A stretch of DNA of 59,757 bases, the filler included. It is 5 parts of 5 records of this genome, joined end to end, with 100 filler letters (N's around TTAATTAATTAA, not from the genome) between each part and the next. Parts side by side here need not be neighbours in the genome. Positions count along the whole stretch, not along the records: positions 1 to 19,047 come from DRR723986_4218; 4 more parts are not named here. One strand, given 5' to 3'. Positions 1-11,381 of the stretch are shown one piece after another (position 1 is the first letter of the stretch; the number at the start of each line of letters is the position of its first letter). A program made the position numbers and the translations under genes. The notes under the pieces are model-generated. The model saw only the letters and a list, made by a program, of their open reading frames with translations. It ran no database searches and was not told the DNA's origin.

Positions 1-231
1 GTCTTCGCCCTCATAAAGGCTGATCGGCTGGCTGGGCATAATGGTCGAAATCGCATGTTTGTAGACAAGCTGCGACTGGCCATCGCGGCGCAGCAGCACG
101 CAGAAATTGTCAAACCATGTGATGACGCCTTGCAGTTTCACACCGTTGATCAGGAAAATGGTAACCGGTACTTTGGTCTTGCGTACGTGGTTCAGGAAAG
201 CATCCTGAAGGTTCTGTCTGTCTGACGCCAT
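1..231 (-). CDS. hfq: RNA chaperone Hfq (3' end runs off window)
   Basis: Manual translation from ATG at 231: [66 protein letters not shown]. Contains the Sm1 and YKHAIST motifs; not in the ORF track. Confidence 0.97.
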
Positions 232-382
232 GGTTTTTCTCGCTTTTTTTCTTGCTGGCGTCCACGCATGGACCCCCCCATTCGGCCCAGTATGAAGCGC
301 CCAAAGCGGAGATTCCAGCCCCATATCAGGGATTTTTGCCTATCACGCAGATTGCCGTGTCACGTGCGCCACAGGTGCGCCG

Positions 383-1921
383 TCAGGTGCGCCACAAATC
401 AGGGGTCAAAAGCGCGATAATCGCAAGGGTTTCCAGCCGCCCCAAAACCATCGCTCCGCAAAGCACGGCCTTGGCCGTCAGGCTCAGTTCAATGAGATGA
501 ATGGGCGTATCGGTGGCATATTGCACCAATGGTCCGGTGGTCGAAAGGCTGGCCACGGAAAGCACAAGCGCGGCCTCGAATTTTGTGCCTGCCAGAGTCA
601 AAAGCAAGGTCACTGCGGCCAGCGACAGGGCAAACAACATGAAAAAGATCCAGGCGATGAACGCGCCGTTGCTTTGCAGCCGCCTGCCCGACAGCCCCGC
701 GCCGCTGACGGATGAGGGATGCACCAGCCGCTCCATCTCGCGGGTGCCATTGCGGTAGAGGGCAAAGACCCGCAGCAGCTTGACACCGCCTGCGGTTGTC
801 GCCACGCCGCCGCCAATCAGGGCCAGCCCCATCAGGATCAACCCCGGCGTGGCCAGCCCCGACCAGCTTTTGGCCTCGCCCCAGTATTCAGAGACAAACC
901 CCGTCGTGGTCAGGAAGGACATCACCGTAAAGACCGCCCCCCAAAGCGCGTAACCGGCTTGGGTCAGGTTCTCCATCGCGGCCACATCAAAGGCGCCCAG
1001 AAAGTGCCGGCCGAACAGCAGCAGCGGCACCGCAATCACCACAAAGATGCCGATGCGAAATTCCGGGTCGGTTCGCAGCCCGCCTTGCGTCGCTGTCACC
1101 GTGTCTTTGGAAAACGTCAGCCGCGACAGGGCGAACAGCATAAAAAGCACCATCACCGCCTCACCCGTGAGCCCGGTATGCGCCTGTTCTACGCCGCCCA
1201 CAGGCGAGATCCCCGATGTCGCCATCACCGACATCGCATGGCACAGCGCGGTCAGCGGCGTGGCACCCCCGACCAGCAGCAGCACCCACAACAGCAAGGT
1301 CAGCCCGGCGTAGATCGGCAACAGCGCCCGCGACACCCTGAGCAGCCGCTCGCGCGGGTCTATGGGGGCCATGCGGCCGCTGGCTTCGGGGTCAATATGG
1401 CCCGGCTCTGCCTGTGCGGTCACCTCAAAACCGCCCAGATGCAGCGGTGCCAAAATGGCCGATGCCGCCACCCACATGAGCAAACCGCCCATCCAGCCCA
1501 CCTGCGCCCGCCACAGGTGCAAGGTCCCGCTCAACCGGCCCGGATCGTCAAACATCGTCGCGCCAGTAGTGGTGATGGCGCTGACCATCTCAAAATAAGC
1601 ATGTAGAAACCGCGTGGTGGGCAAGGCTTCGATAAACGGCACGGCAAGGGCCAGGGGCAGAAAAACAAAAGCCGAGAACAGCGAGATCAGCGGCCCCAAA
1701 GCGGTGGAACGTGATGGCCGCCCGGACAGGGCAACCGCCAGCAACACAAAAACAACCGTGCCCAGCAATCCTGCGTAGAAGAATGCCCGCGACGCCTCGT
1801 GATCATGCACCACAAGCCCATGCAGGGCCGGCACGATCATCGAAACCGAGGCCGCCCCGAACAACAACAGGAACAGCGGCAGTTTCAAGAGCTCAGCGCG
1901 GATGTAGCTTTGACGGCGCAA
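383..1921 (-). CDS. trkH: Trk potassium uptake membrane protein TrkH
   Basis: Multi-TM protein with pore-loop motifs (SAITTTG, SFLTTTGF, TAGGVK, GRLE); directly downstream of trkA. Confidence 0.93.
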   Translation of the reverse strand: MRRQSYIRAELLKLPLFLLLFGAASVSMIVPALHGLVVHDHEASRAFFYAGLLGTVVFVLLAVALSGRPSRSTALGPLISLFSAFVFLPLALAVPFIEALPTTRFLHAYFEMVSAITTTGATMFDDPGRLSGTLHLWRAQVGWMGGLLMWVAASAILAPLHLGGFEVTAQAEPGHIDPEASGRMAPIDPRERLLRVSRALLPIYAGLTLLLWVLLLVGGATPLTALCHAMSVMATSGISPVGGVEQAHTGLTGEAVMVLFMLFALSRLTFSKDTVTATQGGLRTDPEFRIGIFVVIAVPLLLFGRHFLGAFDVAAMENLTQAGYALWGAVFTVMSFLTTTGFVSEYWGEAKSWSGLATPGLILMGLALIGGGVATTAGGVKLLRVFALYRNGTREMERLVHPSSVSGAGLSGRRLQSNGAFIAWIFFMLFALSLAAVTLLLTLAGTKFEAALVLSVASLSTTGPLVQYATDTPIHLIELSLTAKAVLCGAMVLGRLETLAIIALLTPDLWRT

Positions 1922-1942
1922 GGGCGTTCTGTCCTTTTGCGG

Positions 1943-3319
1943 TTAGAAGAAGTCGATGGAGACCTGCATCAGCTGTTCGACCTGCGGCACGTCCTTGGCC
2001 AAGGCAAACAGAACAATCACGTCGCCTTCGTCAATGCGGGTGCTGCCTTTGGGGCGGATCACCTCGTCGCCTTTGCGGACCATGCCCATCAGCACCCCTT
2101 CGGGGAAGTCAATCTCGCTGACCAGCTTGCCCGCCATGGGCGATGTGGACAAGACTTCGGCCTCGATCACCTCCGCTTCGGCATCACCGATGGAATAGAC
2201 CGCCCGCACCCGGCCATGGCGAATATGGCGCAGGATCGAACTGACCGTGGTGGCGCGGGGGTTGATATAGGCGTCAATGCCCAGCGGCGTCATCAAAGGC
2301 ACCAGCGTTGGATCATTGATCAGCGCAATTACGTAATCACAGCCCTCGGCCTTGGCCCGCACACAGGCCAGCATGTTGGTTTTGTCGTCATCGGTGACCG
2401 CCAGCATGGAATCGGCGCGGGCAATCCCTGCCTCGGCCAACAGGGCCGCATCCAGACCGTCACCGTTCAGAACAATGGTGCGCTCCAACGCTTCGGCGGC
2501 TTTTTCGGCGCAGCGGCGGCTTTTCTCGATGATCTTGGTGCGAATGCGGCGTGCATCGGATTCGAGGTGTTGCGCAACGGTCAAGCCGACATTGCCGCCG
2601 CCAACCAACACCACCCGTTCCTGTTTGGAGGTCTTCTTGCCAAAGATTTCCATCGTGCGCGGAATGTCGTCGCGGTGGCAGAAAAGATAACAATCGTCGC
2701 CGACAAACAGCTGATCTTTGGATTCGGGGGCAAACAATGTGCCATCGCGGCGCACACCCACAACCACGGCCCGCAGGGTGGAAAAGAGATCCGTGAGCTG
2801 GCGCAACGGCGTGTTGACCACCGGGCAATCGCCATCCAGCGTGATGCCCAGCAGATGCGCCTTGCCGTCCATGAACACCTCGGTGTCGAAGGCCGCCGGG
2901 GCCGAAAGGCGCAGCAGCGCGGCGTTTGCAACTTCCTTTTCGGGGCTGATCACCACGTCGATGGGCATGTGATCGCGGCGGTAAAGATCGGAATAGATCG
3001 CATCAAGGTAGGATTGGCTGCGCAGGCGGGCAATCTTGCGGTTGATGCCAAAGACCGAATGGGCGACCTGACAGGTCACCATGTTGACCTCGTCCGAATG
3101 GGTTGCAGCGATGATCATCTCGGCATCGCGGGCGCCCGCACGGTCCAGCACATCGGGATAGCTGGCAAAGCCCGCAATCCCCTGCACATCAAGCGTATCG
3201 GTGGCACGGCGGACCAGATCGGCGTTGTTGTCCACAACGGTTACATCATTGCGTTCGCCGCTCAGATGGCGGGCAATTTGCCAGCCCACCTGCCCTGCAC
3301 CACAAATGATCACTTTCAT
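1943..3319 (-). CDS. trkA: Trk potassium uptake NAD-binding subunit TrkA
   Basis: MKVIICGAGQVG plus a second Rossmann motif VGGGNVG; two RCK repeats; 458 aa. Confidence 0.96.
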   Translation of the reverse strand: MKVIICGAGQVGWQIARHLSGERNDVTVVDNNADLVRRATDTLDVQGIAGFASYPDVLDRAGARDAEMIIAATHSDEVNMVTCQVAHSVFGINRKIARLRSQSYLDAIYSDLYRRDHMPIDVVISPEKEVANAALLRLSAPAAFDTEVFMDGKAHLLGITLDGDCPVVNTPLRQLTDLFSTLRAVVVGVRRDGTLFAPESKDQLFVGDDCYLFCHRDDIPRTMEIFGKKTSKQERVVLVGGGNVGLTVAQHLESDARRIRTKIIEKSRRCAEKAAEALERTIVLNGDGLDAALLAEAGIARADSMLAVTDDDKTNMLACVRAKAEGCDYVIALINDPTLVPLMTPLGIDAYINPRATTVSSILRHIRHGRVRAVYSIGDAEAEVIEAEVLSTSPMAGKLVSEIDFPEGVLMGMVRKGDEVIRPKGSTRIDEGDVIVLFALAKDVPQVEQLMQVSIDFF

Positions 3320-3448
3320 GATGGCGTCCTCACGCTGTTTGTGCGGCCCTTGGGCTGCACAGGTCTAGTGTCGGTTAGAGGGCATGACAGCGCCCAAAGC
3401 AAGGGTCAAGCGATTGTCATAGCGCGCGGTCCGGTGCAAACTGGACAG

Positions 3449-3922
3449 ATGCAACGTAAAACCGCCCTTCTTATGATCGCGCTGGCCGCTGCGGCGGGCT
3501 GTGCGCCGCTGAACACCTATTACCGCGCCGGCGTGAGCGTTGAGCGGCTGAACCGGGACACCACGACCTGTGAGGTAAAGGCCCTACGCGATGTGCCCGC
3601 CTCGGTGCAGGTGCGGCGCATTCCGCCGGAGTTTGTGCCTGCTTACAAAAGCTGCGATTCTGCGGGCAATTGCACGATTGTGCCCGGTTATGTGATCCCC
3701 GGTGAGACCATCACCTTTGATCCCAATGACGGGCTGCGCAAACGGGTCGAAGGGCAATGTATGGCCTACAAGGGCTATGCGCCGGTGACGATCCCGCCCT
3801 GCCCGGATCATGTGGCCAATGCCGCGCCGGTGGGCAAAACGCGGACCCTGCCGAAACTGACGCCAAAATCCTGTGTGATCCGCAACCGCGACGGCAGCTT
3901 TCAGATCGTCTCGCGCGGGTGA
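3449..3922 (+). CDS. Putative lipoprotein, unknown function
   Basis: C-terminal part of ORF 1799..3922; MQRKTALLMIALAAAAGC lipobox-type signal; several paired Cys. Confidence 0.75.
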   Translation: MQRKTALLMIALAAAAGCAPLNTYYRAGVSVERLNRDTTTCEVKALRDVPASVQVRRIPPEFVPAYKSCDSAGNCTIVPGYVIPGETITFDPNDGLRKRVEGQCMAYKGYAPVTIPPCPDHVANAAPVGKTRTLPKLTPKSCVIRNRDGSFQIVSRG

Positions 3923-3954
3923 GTTTCTAGAAACGTCAGCGCTTGGGGCAAATC

Positions 3955-4010
3955 GGCGGGGGGCCAGCCCCCCGTGCCCCCCGGAGTATTGAGGGCCAAA
4001 AAGGGAGAAG
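3955..4010. repeat. Rhodobacteraceae-type intergenic GC hairpin repeat
   Basis: GGGGGGCCAGCCCCCC hairpin followed by CCCCCGGAGTATT...CCAAAAAG; its reverse complement resembles the element at 40560-40626. Confidence 0.5.
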
Positions 4011-4011
4011 A

Positions 4012-5424
4012 TCAGTTCTCTGTTTCGCCGTCGTCATCCACATGGGCCACGCGCACCCCGGATTTAGCGGAGGTGACTACCCCGAGCGATTTGAGTTTGC
4101 GGTGCAGCGCCGAGCGTTCCATGCCGACAAAATTGGCCGTCCGCGAAATATTGCCACCAAACCGGTTGATCTGGGTCAGCAGGTATTCGCGCTCAAAGGC
4201 CTCGCGGGCCTCGCGCAGCGGCAGGGTTGCCAGAGCGCCGGACAGGACCACGCGGCCGTCATCCTCGCCCTTGTCCTCTTCGCCGGGCAGTTCGCGGGCC
4301 TCGATCGGGCCGGTGCCATCACCCAGGATCAGCACCCGTTCCACGAGGTTTTTCAACTGGCGCACGTTGCCGGGCCAGATCATGGTCTGCATCAACGCTA
4401 TGGCATCTTCGGACAGACTGCGCAGCGGCAGGCCTTGGGTGGCGTTGCATTCAGCGATGAAATGTTCGGCCAGAAGCGGGATATCCTCGCGGCGTTCTTC
4501 GAGGGATGGCACGGCGATCGGCACCACATTGAGGCGGTGATACAGTTCTTCGCGGAAAGTCTCATTGCGGATGGCGGCGGCCAGATCGCGGTTGGTGCTG
4601 GAGATCACCCGCAGATCCACGCGCAGTTTGTCATTGCCGCCAACGCGGGTGAATTGCTGGTCCACCAACACCCGCAGGATTTTGGATTGGGTGCCCAGCG
4701 GCATGTCCGCGACTTCGTCAAAATAAATCACACCGCCGTGCGCCTGTTCCAGCAGTCCCGGCTCGATCCCGCGATCACCGCCCTCGCGGCCAAACAGCAT
4801 TTCTTCCATGCGGTCAGGTTCGACGCCCGCGCAGTTGACGGTGACAAAAGGTGCCGAGGCGCGGTTGGAATGGGCGTGGATATAGCGTGCTGCGATTTCT
4901 TTCCCTGCCCCCGCCGGACCGGTTAGCATGACCCGGCCATTGGATTTTGTCACCTTATCAAGCTGCCCGATCAATGCGCGGTAGGCTGCTGAATTTCCCA
5001 GCATTTCGGCGCTGGAAACGTCGCGTTTCTTGAGCGTCAGATTCTCGCGGCGCAGGCGGGAGGTTTCCATGGCGCGGCGGATCACCACCAGCAGCTGATC
5101 GATATTGAACGGCTTTTCGATAAAATCGTATGCGCCCTGTTTGATCGCCGCGACCGCGATCTCGATATTGCCATGGCCGGAGATGATCACCACCGGCACA
5201 TCGGGATGATCCCGCTTCACCGCCTTGAGGATATCAATGCCGTCCATCTGGCTGTCCTTCAGCCAGATATCCAGGATCATCAGCGCCGGTGGCTCTGATG
5301 TGATCTCCTTCATCGCATCGTCGGAATTCCCGGCCAGGCGGGTGGCAAACCCTTCGTCAATCAGGATGTCCGAGATCAATTCGCGGATATCGCGTTCGTC
5401 GTCTACAATCAGAATGTCACTCAT
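4012..5424 (-). CDS. ntrX: Response regulator NtrX (REC-AAA+-Fis HTH)
   Basis: MSDILIVDDE receiver, Walker A GPAGAGKE, no GAFTGA, C-terminal GMERSALHRKLK; start overlaps ntrY stop. Confidence 0.95.
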   Translation of the reverse strand: MSDILIVDDERDIRELISDILIDEGFATRLAGNSDDAMKEITSEPPALMILDIWLKDSQMDGIDILKAVKRDHPDVPVVIISGHGNIEIAVAAIKQGAYDFIEKPFNIDQLLVVIRRAMETSRLRRENLTLKKRDVSSAEMLGNSAAYRALIGQLDKVTKSNGRVMLTGPAGAGKEIAARYIHAHSNRASAPFVTVNCAGVEPDRMEEMLFGREGGDRGIEPGLLEQAHGGVIYFDEVADMPLGTQSKILRVLVDQQFTRVGGNDKLRVDLRVISSTNRDLAAAIRNETFREELYHRLNVVPIAVPSLEERREDIPLLAEHFIAECNATQGLPLRSLSEDAIALMQTMIWPGNVRQLKNLVERVLILGDGTGPIEARELPGEEDKGEDDGRVVLSGALATLPLREAREAFEREYLLTQINRFGGNISRTANFVGMERSALHRKLKSLGVVTSAKSGVRVAHVDDDGETEN

Positions 5425-7669
5425 GCGTTGTCTCCATTCTATTCTCATTACTGTCACTTGATGGCGCGATGGGCAGGGAAATGACCGCCATTGCGCCAAA
5501 ATGGGTTTGCCCGTCAAATACTGGCGCGTTTTCGAGGGTTAATGTGCCGCCGTGTTCTTCAATAATTTTTTTAACGATGGGCAGGCCAAGGCCGGTGCCT
5601 TCACTGCGGGTGGTCACATAGGGTTCAAACAGGCGGGCGCGATCTTCGGGCAGGCCGATCCCGTTGTCCGCAATGGTCAGGCGAGCGGTGTTGTCGGTGC
5701 AGGTCAAGGTCACTTCGATCCTTGGGGAAAGATCATCCTGCGTGCCTTTTTTGGATAAGGATTCAATGGCTTCTCCGGCATTCTTAATCAGGTTGGTCAA
5801 GGCTTGTGAGATCATCGTCGCATCGATCTGCGCCACCACCGGCCTATCAGGCAGGTCTGAGACGATCTTGACTTCCGGCTGGCCAGCCTGCTGCAAGAAC
5901 ACCGCGTCGCGCACCAGTTGCGTCAGATCCTGATCGGAGGTTTCCGGCTCGGGCATGCGGGCGAATTTGCTGAACTCATCCACGATCCGGCGCAGATCGC
6001 CGGTCTGGCGGATGATCACCCCTGTCATCTGTTCCAATGTGTCGCTGTCCTCGCCCAGTTTGGGGGCAAACTTGCGTCGGATGCGTTCGGCGCTGAGCTG
6101 GATCGGGGTCAGCGGGTTCTTGATCTCATGGGCAATGCGCCGCGCGACATCGCCCCAGGCGGCCATCCGCTGGGCGCTGACCAGATCGGTCACATCGTCA
6201 AAGGCCACCACATAGCCCTCTAGGCGGCCATCATCAGACCGCCGCGGGGCCATGCGCACCAACAGGTTTTCCTGCGTCCCCTGCCGCGAGACCTTGACCT
6301 CGCCCTGAACGGCGGTCCCGCCGCCAGAGGTAAGGGTCTCGAACAACGGGCCGAATTCAGGGACCGCAACGGCCAACGCCAGCGATTGCTGATCCTCATG
6401 CCAATCCAGAAGCCGCTTGGCGGAACGGTTCACAAAGGCCACGCGCCCTTCGGGATCAAGGCCCACGACACCGGATGTGACAGAACTGAGCACGGAATCA
6501 AACAACCGGCGGCGGCGTTCAATCTGGCGTGTGTTGTCGAGCAGGGTTTCACGCTGACCGCTGAGCTGCCGGGTCATCTGGTTGAAATACCGTCCCAGCA
6601 TCGCGATTTCGTCATCGCCTTCTTCTTCGCGCACCTGAACGGACAGATCGCCAGCGCCGACCTGCTGCGCCGCGCCCGTAAGCCGCCCGACAGGACCAGA
6701 AAGCCGTTCGGCGAACCACAACCCAAGCCAAACAGCGGCCAAGATCAAGATCACCGCAAAGCCTAGATAAACAAGGGCAAATTCAAACAAAAGCCGCCCG
6801 CGATCGGCTTCGAGCTGTTGATAGAGCCGTACCGTTTCTTTGGTTTCATCCAGCAGTGACAGGATCTCTCCATCGACCTCGCGACTGACGTATAGGTAAC
6901 GGTCGACAAAGCTCTCCATCGGGACCAGTGCGCGAAACTCGTTATTGGTCCAGTCTTCGATGATCAGCACGCCATCGGCGCTGGCGATCTCGATCTGCTT
7001 TGCATTGGGCTCTTCATAGTCGAACAGGTAGGACCGGTTTCCGCGGGCGCGAATTTGGGCTGTTCCATCAATAAGATAGGCCTCGCGCAGACCCCGTTGA
7101 ATTTGCCGCTGGCCTTCGCCAAGCAGGGCGCTGTCGCTGAGGTTGATGCCATTCTTGCGGGCGTTGTCGATGCTACGGGCGAGTGTGCGGGCATCCGCAA
7201 TCAGGTCTTCGCGTTGCTCGGTTTCATAGGCCTGCGCGGCGGCCAGCGAATTGCCAACCACGCTGCGCACCCGGTCCGAGAACCAGCCCTCAAGCCCCAC
7301 ATTCACCGTCAGACCGGCAAACACCGCAACGCTGACCGTCGGGATCAGGGCCATCAGGGCAAACACACCGGTGAGGCGCAGGTGCAAGCGCGATCCGGCG
7401 GATTTGGCCCGCCGCGCCGCGATCAGGCGGGCGACTTGCGACAGAACCAATGCAGCGACCAGCAGAACATAGACCAGATCGGTCAGCAGGATGAGGCGCA
7501 GCCCAAAGGTATTGGCGCCCTGCCCCAACGGACCCAGTGCCAGATAGGTGGCCATGGCCAAAACGGGCCCCAGAACCACCAAAGACAAGGTTGCGAGGTT
7601 GCGCACACGGCGCATGCGCCGGAATCGCCCCAGCCTATCCAATGTGAAACTGCGTGACCGGGTTGCCAC
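5417..7669 (-). CDS. ntrY: Sensor histidine kinase NtrY (TM-HAMP-PAS-HisKA-HATPase)
   Basis: [21 protein letters not shown]-box, GTGLGL G2 box; canonical ntrBC-ntrYX-trkA synteny. Confidence 0.95.
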   Translation of the reverse strand: MATRSRSFTLDRLGRFRRMRRVRNLATLSLVVLGPVLAMATYLALGPLGQGANTFGLRLILLTDLVYVLLVAALVLSQVARLIAARRAKSAGSRLHLRLTGVFALMALIPTVSVAVFAGLTVNVGLEGWFSDRVRSVVGNSLAAAQAYETEQREDLIADARTLARSIDNARKNGINLSDSALLGEGQRQIQRGLREAYLIDGTAQIRARGNRSYLFDYEEPNAKQIEIASADGVLIIEDWTNNEFRALVPMESFVDRYLYVSREVDGEILSLLDETKETVRLYQQLEADRGRLLFEFALVYLGFAVILILAAVWLGLWFAERLSGPVGRLTGAAQQVGAGDLSVQVREEEGDDEIAMLGRYFNQMTRQLSGQRETLLDNTRQIERRRRLFDSVLSSVTSGVVGLDPEGRVAFVNRSAKRLLDWHEDQQSLALAVAVPEFGPLFETLTSGGGTAVQGEVKVSRQGTQENLLVRMAPRRSDDGRLEGYVVAFDDVTDLVSAQRMAAWGDVARRIAHEIKNPLTPIQLSAERIRRKFAPKLGEDSDTLEQMTGVIIRQTGDLRRIVDEFSKFARMPEPETSDQDLTQLVRDAVFLQQAGQPEVKIVSDLPDRPVVAQIDATMISQALTNLIKNAGEAIESLSKKGTQDDLSPRIEVTLTCTDNTARLTIADNGIGLPEDRARLFEPYVTTRSEGTGLGLPIVKKIIEEHGGTLTLENAPVFDGQTHFGAMAVISLPIAPSSDSNENRMETTHE

Positions 7670-7770
7670 CCGTTGCCCTCACTCATGATGTGGTGCGCAA
7701 TAGCACCAACCGCCATATTTTGTGGTCCTGATCAGGCATGATACCCGATGGCCACGGTTATGTGGCGGTT

Positions 7771-9144
7771 TTACATCATTTTGCGACCCCGTGTCACCTC
7801 TATATCGAGGTCAGTGATTTTCTTGCGCAATGTATTTCGGTTGATGCCCAGCAAATCTGCGCATTTTGCCTGATTTCCGGCGGTGGCACCGAGGGCAATT
7901 TCGATCAACGGGGCCTCCACTTCGCGCAGAATCCGCGCATAAAGGCCGGGCGGCGGCAGCATATTCCCGTGTTGATCAAAATAGCGCCGCAGATGCCGTT
8001 CCACGCTGGCGCCCAGACGTTCGGTGCTGGCATGGGCGCGTAGCGGCTCGCTTGTGGGCTGGGCGCCCAGCACTTGTTCGGCCTCGGTCTGGCTCACTTC
8101 GCTGGCGCGGCTGGTCAGGGCCAGCTGCCGCATTGCATGCTCCAACTGGCGCACATTCCCCGGCCAAGCATAGTTCGACAACACCTTGGCCGCCGCATCG
8201 GACAATTGGCGCAGGACGCCTAGACCGCTGTCTTCGGCCTGTTGCAGGAAATGGTCCGCCAGAAGCGGGATATCCTCAACCCGGTCGCGCAGGGTTGGCA
8301 CGTGCAAGGTTGCGCCCGACAGACGATAATACAAATCGCGGCGCAATTTGCCCTCTTTCATCGCGGCGGCCAGATCCGATTGGCTGGTGGCGAGAAAACG
8401 CGGGCTGTACTCGCCCGGCGCGTCCATCATCCGTGAGATTCGCGCCTGCACCTCAGGCGGGATATCGGCGATCTCGTCAATCAACAACGTGCCGCCGCGC
8501 ACCTTGGCCAGCAACCGCGCGGGCGCATCAATATCCACCAATTCGGTGCCCGTGACCGTGACAAAGGGCAGATTGCGGCGGTCGGAAAAGTCGTGAATGG
8601 CTTTCCCGATCAATGACTTACCTGTGCCACTTTCGCCCCAGATCAAAACCGGTAGATCGGTGTTCATCACCCGTGCCACTAGCCGGTAAAGCGCCTGCAT
8701 CACCGGCGTGCGCCCGATCAGCGGCAGATCATCACGGTCCTCTTCCGGCGCTTTGGCGGTGGACGCCCGCGTGGCGGTGCCGCCTTTTTCCAATGCCCGT
8801 GCGGTGCGTTTCATCAAATCCGGCAGGTCAAACGGTTTGGGCAGATAGTCAAACGCCTCGGCCTCTGCGGCCTTGATCGCGGTCATGATGGTGTTTTGCG
8901 CCGAGATCACGATCACCGGCAGTCCGGGGCGGTCGGCGGATATTTTCGGAAGCATTTCCAAACCGTTACCGTCCGGCATTGCCACATCCGTGATCACCAC
9001 GTCACCCTTGCCTTCGCCCACCCAGCGCATCAGCGTTGTCAGGCTGGAGGTCGCATGGACCTTGCAGCCCGCACGGGTCAAAGCTTGCGTGAGAACCGTG
9101 CGGATTGTGCGGTCGTCATCGGCGACCAATACCGTGCCATCCAT
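7771..9144 (-). CDS. ntrC: Nitrogen regulator NtrC
   Basis: Receiver domain, GESGTGKS Walker [21 protein letters not shown] loop region absent. Confidence 0.93.
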   Translation of the reverse strand: MDGTVLVADDDRTIRTVLTQALTRAGCKVHATSSLTTLMRWVGEGKGDVVITDVAMPDGNGLEMLPKISADRPGLPVIVISAQNTIMTAIKAAEAEAFDYLPKPFDLPDLMKRTARALEKGGTATRASTAKAPEEDRDDLPLIGRTPVMQALYRLVARVMNTDLPVLIWGESGTGKSLIGKAIHDFSDRRNLPFVTVTGTELVDIDAPARLLAKVRGGTLLIDEIADIPPEVQARISRMMDAPGEYSPRFLATSQSDLAAAMKEGKLRRDLYYRLSGATLHVPTLRDRVEDIPLLADHFLQQAEDSGLGVLRQLSDAAAKVLSNYAWPGNVRQLEHAMRQLALTSRASEVSQTEAEQVLGAQPTSEPLRAHASTERLGASVERHLRRYFDQHGNMLPPPGLYARILREVEAPLIEIALGATAGNQAKCADLLGINRNTLRKKITDLDIEVTRGRKMM

Positions 9145-9146
9145 GG

Positions 9147-10220
9147 TTATTCCTCTTCTTTCTGTGCGGCCGCGCGGGGCAATGAGATGCGAAACACGGT
9201 TTGCCCCGGCACCGAGGTGACCGAGATCCAGCCGTCATGTTCGGAAATGATCTTGCTGACCAATGCCAGCCCCAGCCCGGTGCCATTCTCGCGGCCCGAA
9301 ACAAAAGGATCAAAAACATCGCCCTTGATGTGGTCGGGCAGGCCCGGCCCGTCATCGATGATCTCGATTTGCAGCGGCAGTGCCTGACCGGTGCCATCCG
9401 CGCGGCGCAGACGGAATGAATGCTCGTAATAGCTGCGCAACCTTATGGTGCCGCCCCCCTCGCCCGCAGCTTCGGAGGCGTTTTTCAGAAGGTTCAGAAC
9501 CACTTGCAGCAGTTGATCCTTATCCCCCAGCGCCATCGGCAGCGATGGATCGTAATCCTCGATGATCTTCATCTGAGCGCCAAAACCCAGTAAGGCAGAG
9601 CGCCGCGCGCGGTCCAGCACATCATGCAGGTTCACGGCTTGGCGTTGTGGCGGGTTGAGGTTGCCAAACTGCTCCACTTGTTCGAGCAATTTCACGATCC
9701 GGCGGCTTTCTGCGACGATCAGATCGGTCAGCTCCAGCTCATCTGCGGGCAGGTTCATCGACAACAGCTGCGCCGCGCCGGTGATCCCTGCCAGCGGGTT
9801 CTTGATCTCATGCGCCAGCATTTCGGCCATGCCGATCGCCGATTTGGCCGCCGATTTCACTGAGTGGTTCTGGGTCATCCGCCCGGCCAGCTCACGCGGC
9901 GAGATCATCATCAACATATGCCCCTCCGCCCCGCTGAGGGGGGCGATTTGCAGGGCCGATTGCAGCGGCGCACGTTGGCCTGATCCCACATCAACGTCAT
10001 TGACAAACAGCGGCGTGCCACTGGCGCGGGCGCGGTCGAATGCATCCTCTAGCGGGTCATTGACCGCGATGATGTCCCACACCGGCACACCGATTACTGA
10101 TTTGGCCGAAACGTTCAAAAACCCTTCAGCGGCGGGATTGATGTCTTCGATGCCATCGTCCGGGGCGATCAGAATGGCGGGCACAGGCAGCGACACCCAG
10201 ATGTTGCGATCATGGGTCAT
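9147..10220 (-). CDS. ntrB: Nitrogen regulation sensor kinase NtrB
   Basis: PAS domain plus [21 protein letters not shown]-box; ATG at 10220 overlaps the dusB stop (ATGA). Confidence 0.94.
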   Translation of the reverse strand: MTHDRNIWVSLPVPAILIAPDDGIEDINPAAEGFLNVSAKSVIGVPVWDIIAVNDPLEDAFDRARASGTPLFVNDVDVGSGQRAPLQSALQIAPLSGAEGHMLMMISPRELAGRMTQNHSVKSAAKSAIGMAEMLAHEIKNPLAGITGAAQLLSMNLPADELELTDLIVAESRRIVKLLEQVEQFGNLNPPQRQAVNLHDVLDRARRSALLGFGAQMKIIEDYDPSLPMALGDKDQLLQVVLNLLKNASEAAGEGGGTIRLRSYYEHSFRLRRADGTGQALPLQIEIIDDGPGLPDHIKGDVFDPFVSGRENGTGLGLALVSKIISEHDGWISVTSVPGQTVFRISLPRAAAQKEEE

Positions 10221-11203
10221 GCGGCTTGCGCCCCTGCGCCGTATTGCATGGCCTGCCGGATCAAGCCTTTGGTTTCGCCGGGGTCTTTGCTGGTTAACAC
10301 ATCGCGGCGCAGGCCGGTTGGCGTGGCGCAACTGTCCATGTACCAGCCCAGATGTTTGCGGGCGACACGGCTGCCCAGATCGGCGCCATAAAACCGCAAC
10401 ATCTCATCGTAGTGCTCTTCAACCATCGCGGCAAAGGCATCGCCTATGGGCACATCCGGCGATGGGGTGCCAAACAGCGCGTGACTGATCTCGGCCAAAA
10501 TCCAGGGTCGCCCTTGCGCCCCGCGCCCGATCATCACCCCATCCGCGCCCGATTGATCCAGGGCTTGCTGCGCCGCACTGGCGCTCACGATGTCGCCATT
10601 GGCCACCACAGGAATATCGACCGCATCACGCACGGCGCGGATCGCCTGCCAATCGGCGGTGCCTTTGTAGAACTGGCAACGGGTGCGCCCGTGTATCGTG
10701 ATCATCTTGATGCCCGCGCTCTCGGCGCGGCGGGCAATATCGGCGGCGTTGAGCATCTGATCATCCCAGCCCAGCCGGGTTTTCAGGGTGACAGGCACAT
10801 TGACCGCTTCGACCACCGCCTCAATCAGGCGCAGCGCGTGATCGGGTGTTTTCATCAGGGCCGAACCGGAGGCGCCCTGGGTCACTTTCTTGGCCGGGCA
10901 TCCCATGTTGATGTCGATCAGCCGTGCGCCCTGTGCTTCGATCATGCGTGCGGCCTCTGCCATCGGGGCGGCTTCGCGGCCCGCGATCTGGACAGAGGTG
11001 CCTTCGATGCCCAGACCCAGCTCGGCCTTTTCGCGGGTGCCGGGACGGCGTGACAGCAATTCCTGACTGGCAACCATTTCAGACACAACCAGCCCCGCAC
11101 CAAAACGGGCGACCAATGTCCGATATGGCAAATCGGTGATTCCAGCCATCGGCGCGAGGAAAACCGGTGTGTTGAGATCGATGGGCCAGACCGGCGGGCG
11201 CAT
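10217..11203 (-). CDS. dusB: tRNA-dihydrouridine synthase DusB (NifR3)
   Basis: LAPMAGITD, IDINMGCPAKKV, HGRT and RKHLGWY motifs; upstream of ntrB. Confidence 0.95.
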   Translation of the reverse strand: MRPPVWPIDLNTPVFLAPMAGITDLPYRTLVARFGAGLVVSEMVASQELLSRRPGTREKAELGLGIEGTSVQIAGREAAPMAEAARMIEAQGARLIDINMGCPAKKVTQGASGSALMKTPDHALRLIEAVVEAVNVPVTLKTRLGWDDQMLNAADIARRAESAGIKMITIHGRTRCQFYKGTADWQAIRAVRDAVDIPVVANGDIVSASAAQQALDQSGADGVMIGRGAQGRPWILAEISHALFGTPSPDVPIGDAFAAMVEEHYDEMLRFYGADLGSRVARKHLGWYMDSCATPTGLRRDVLTSKDPGETKGLIRQAMQYGAGAQAA

Positions 11204-11204
11204 G

Positions 11205-11314
11205 TGCTTAATCCTTGTGCAGTTACGAAGGGTTTAGCGGTAACCCTGGCGTCACTCAATAAAAACAGCCGCATTTCCCCTGCGGCATGACGGTATATGC
11301 CTAATTTTTGTGCA
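11205..11314. promoter_or_regulatory. Two NtrC-box-like sites (TGC-N11-GCA) upstream of dusB-ntrBC
   Basis: TGCTTAATCCTTGTGCA at 11205-11221 and TGCCTAATTTTTGTGCA at 11298-11314. Confidence 0.6.
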
Positions 11315-11381
11315 ACCACCTGAATGATTGCCTGTCTCGCTGCCATTGCCTAGACAGGTGCCAGAAACTGCGGACAAGCCT

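Noticed and set aside
1799-3448. 707-aa ORF on the + strand
   Set aside because: Antisense shadow of trkA; only the 3' part (3449-3922) looks like a real lipoprotein gene.
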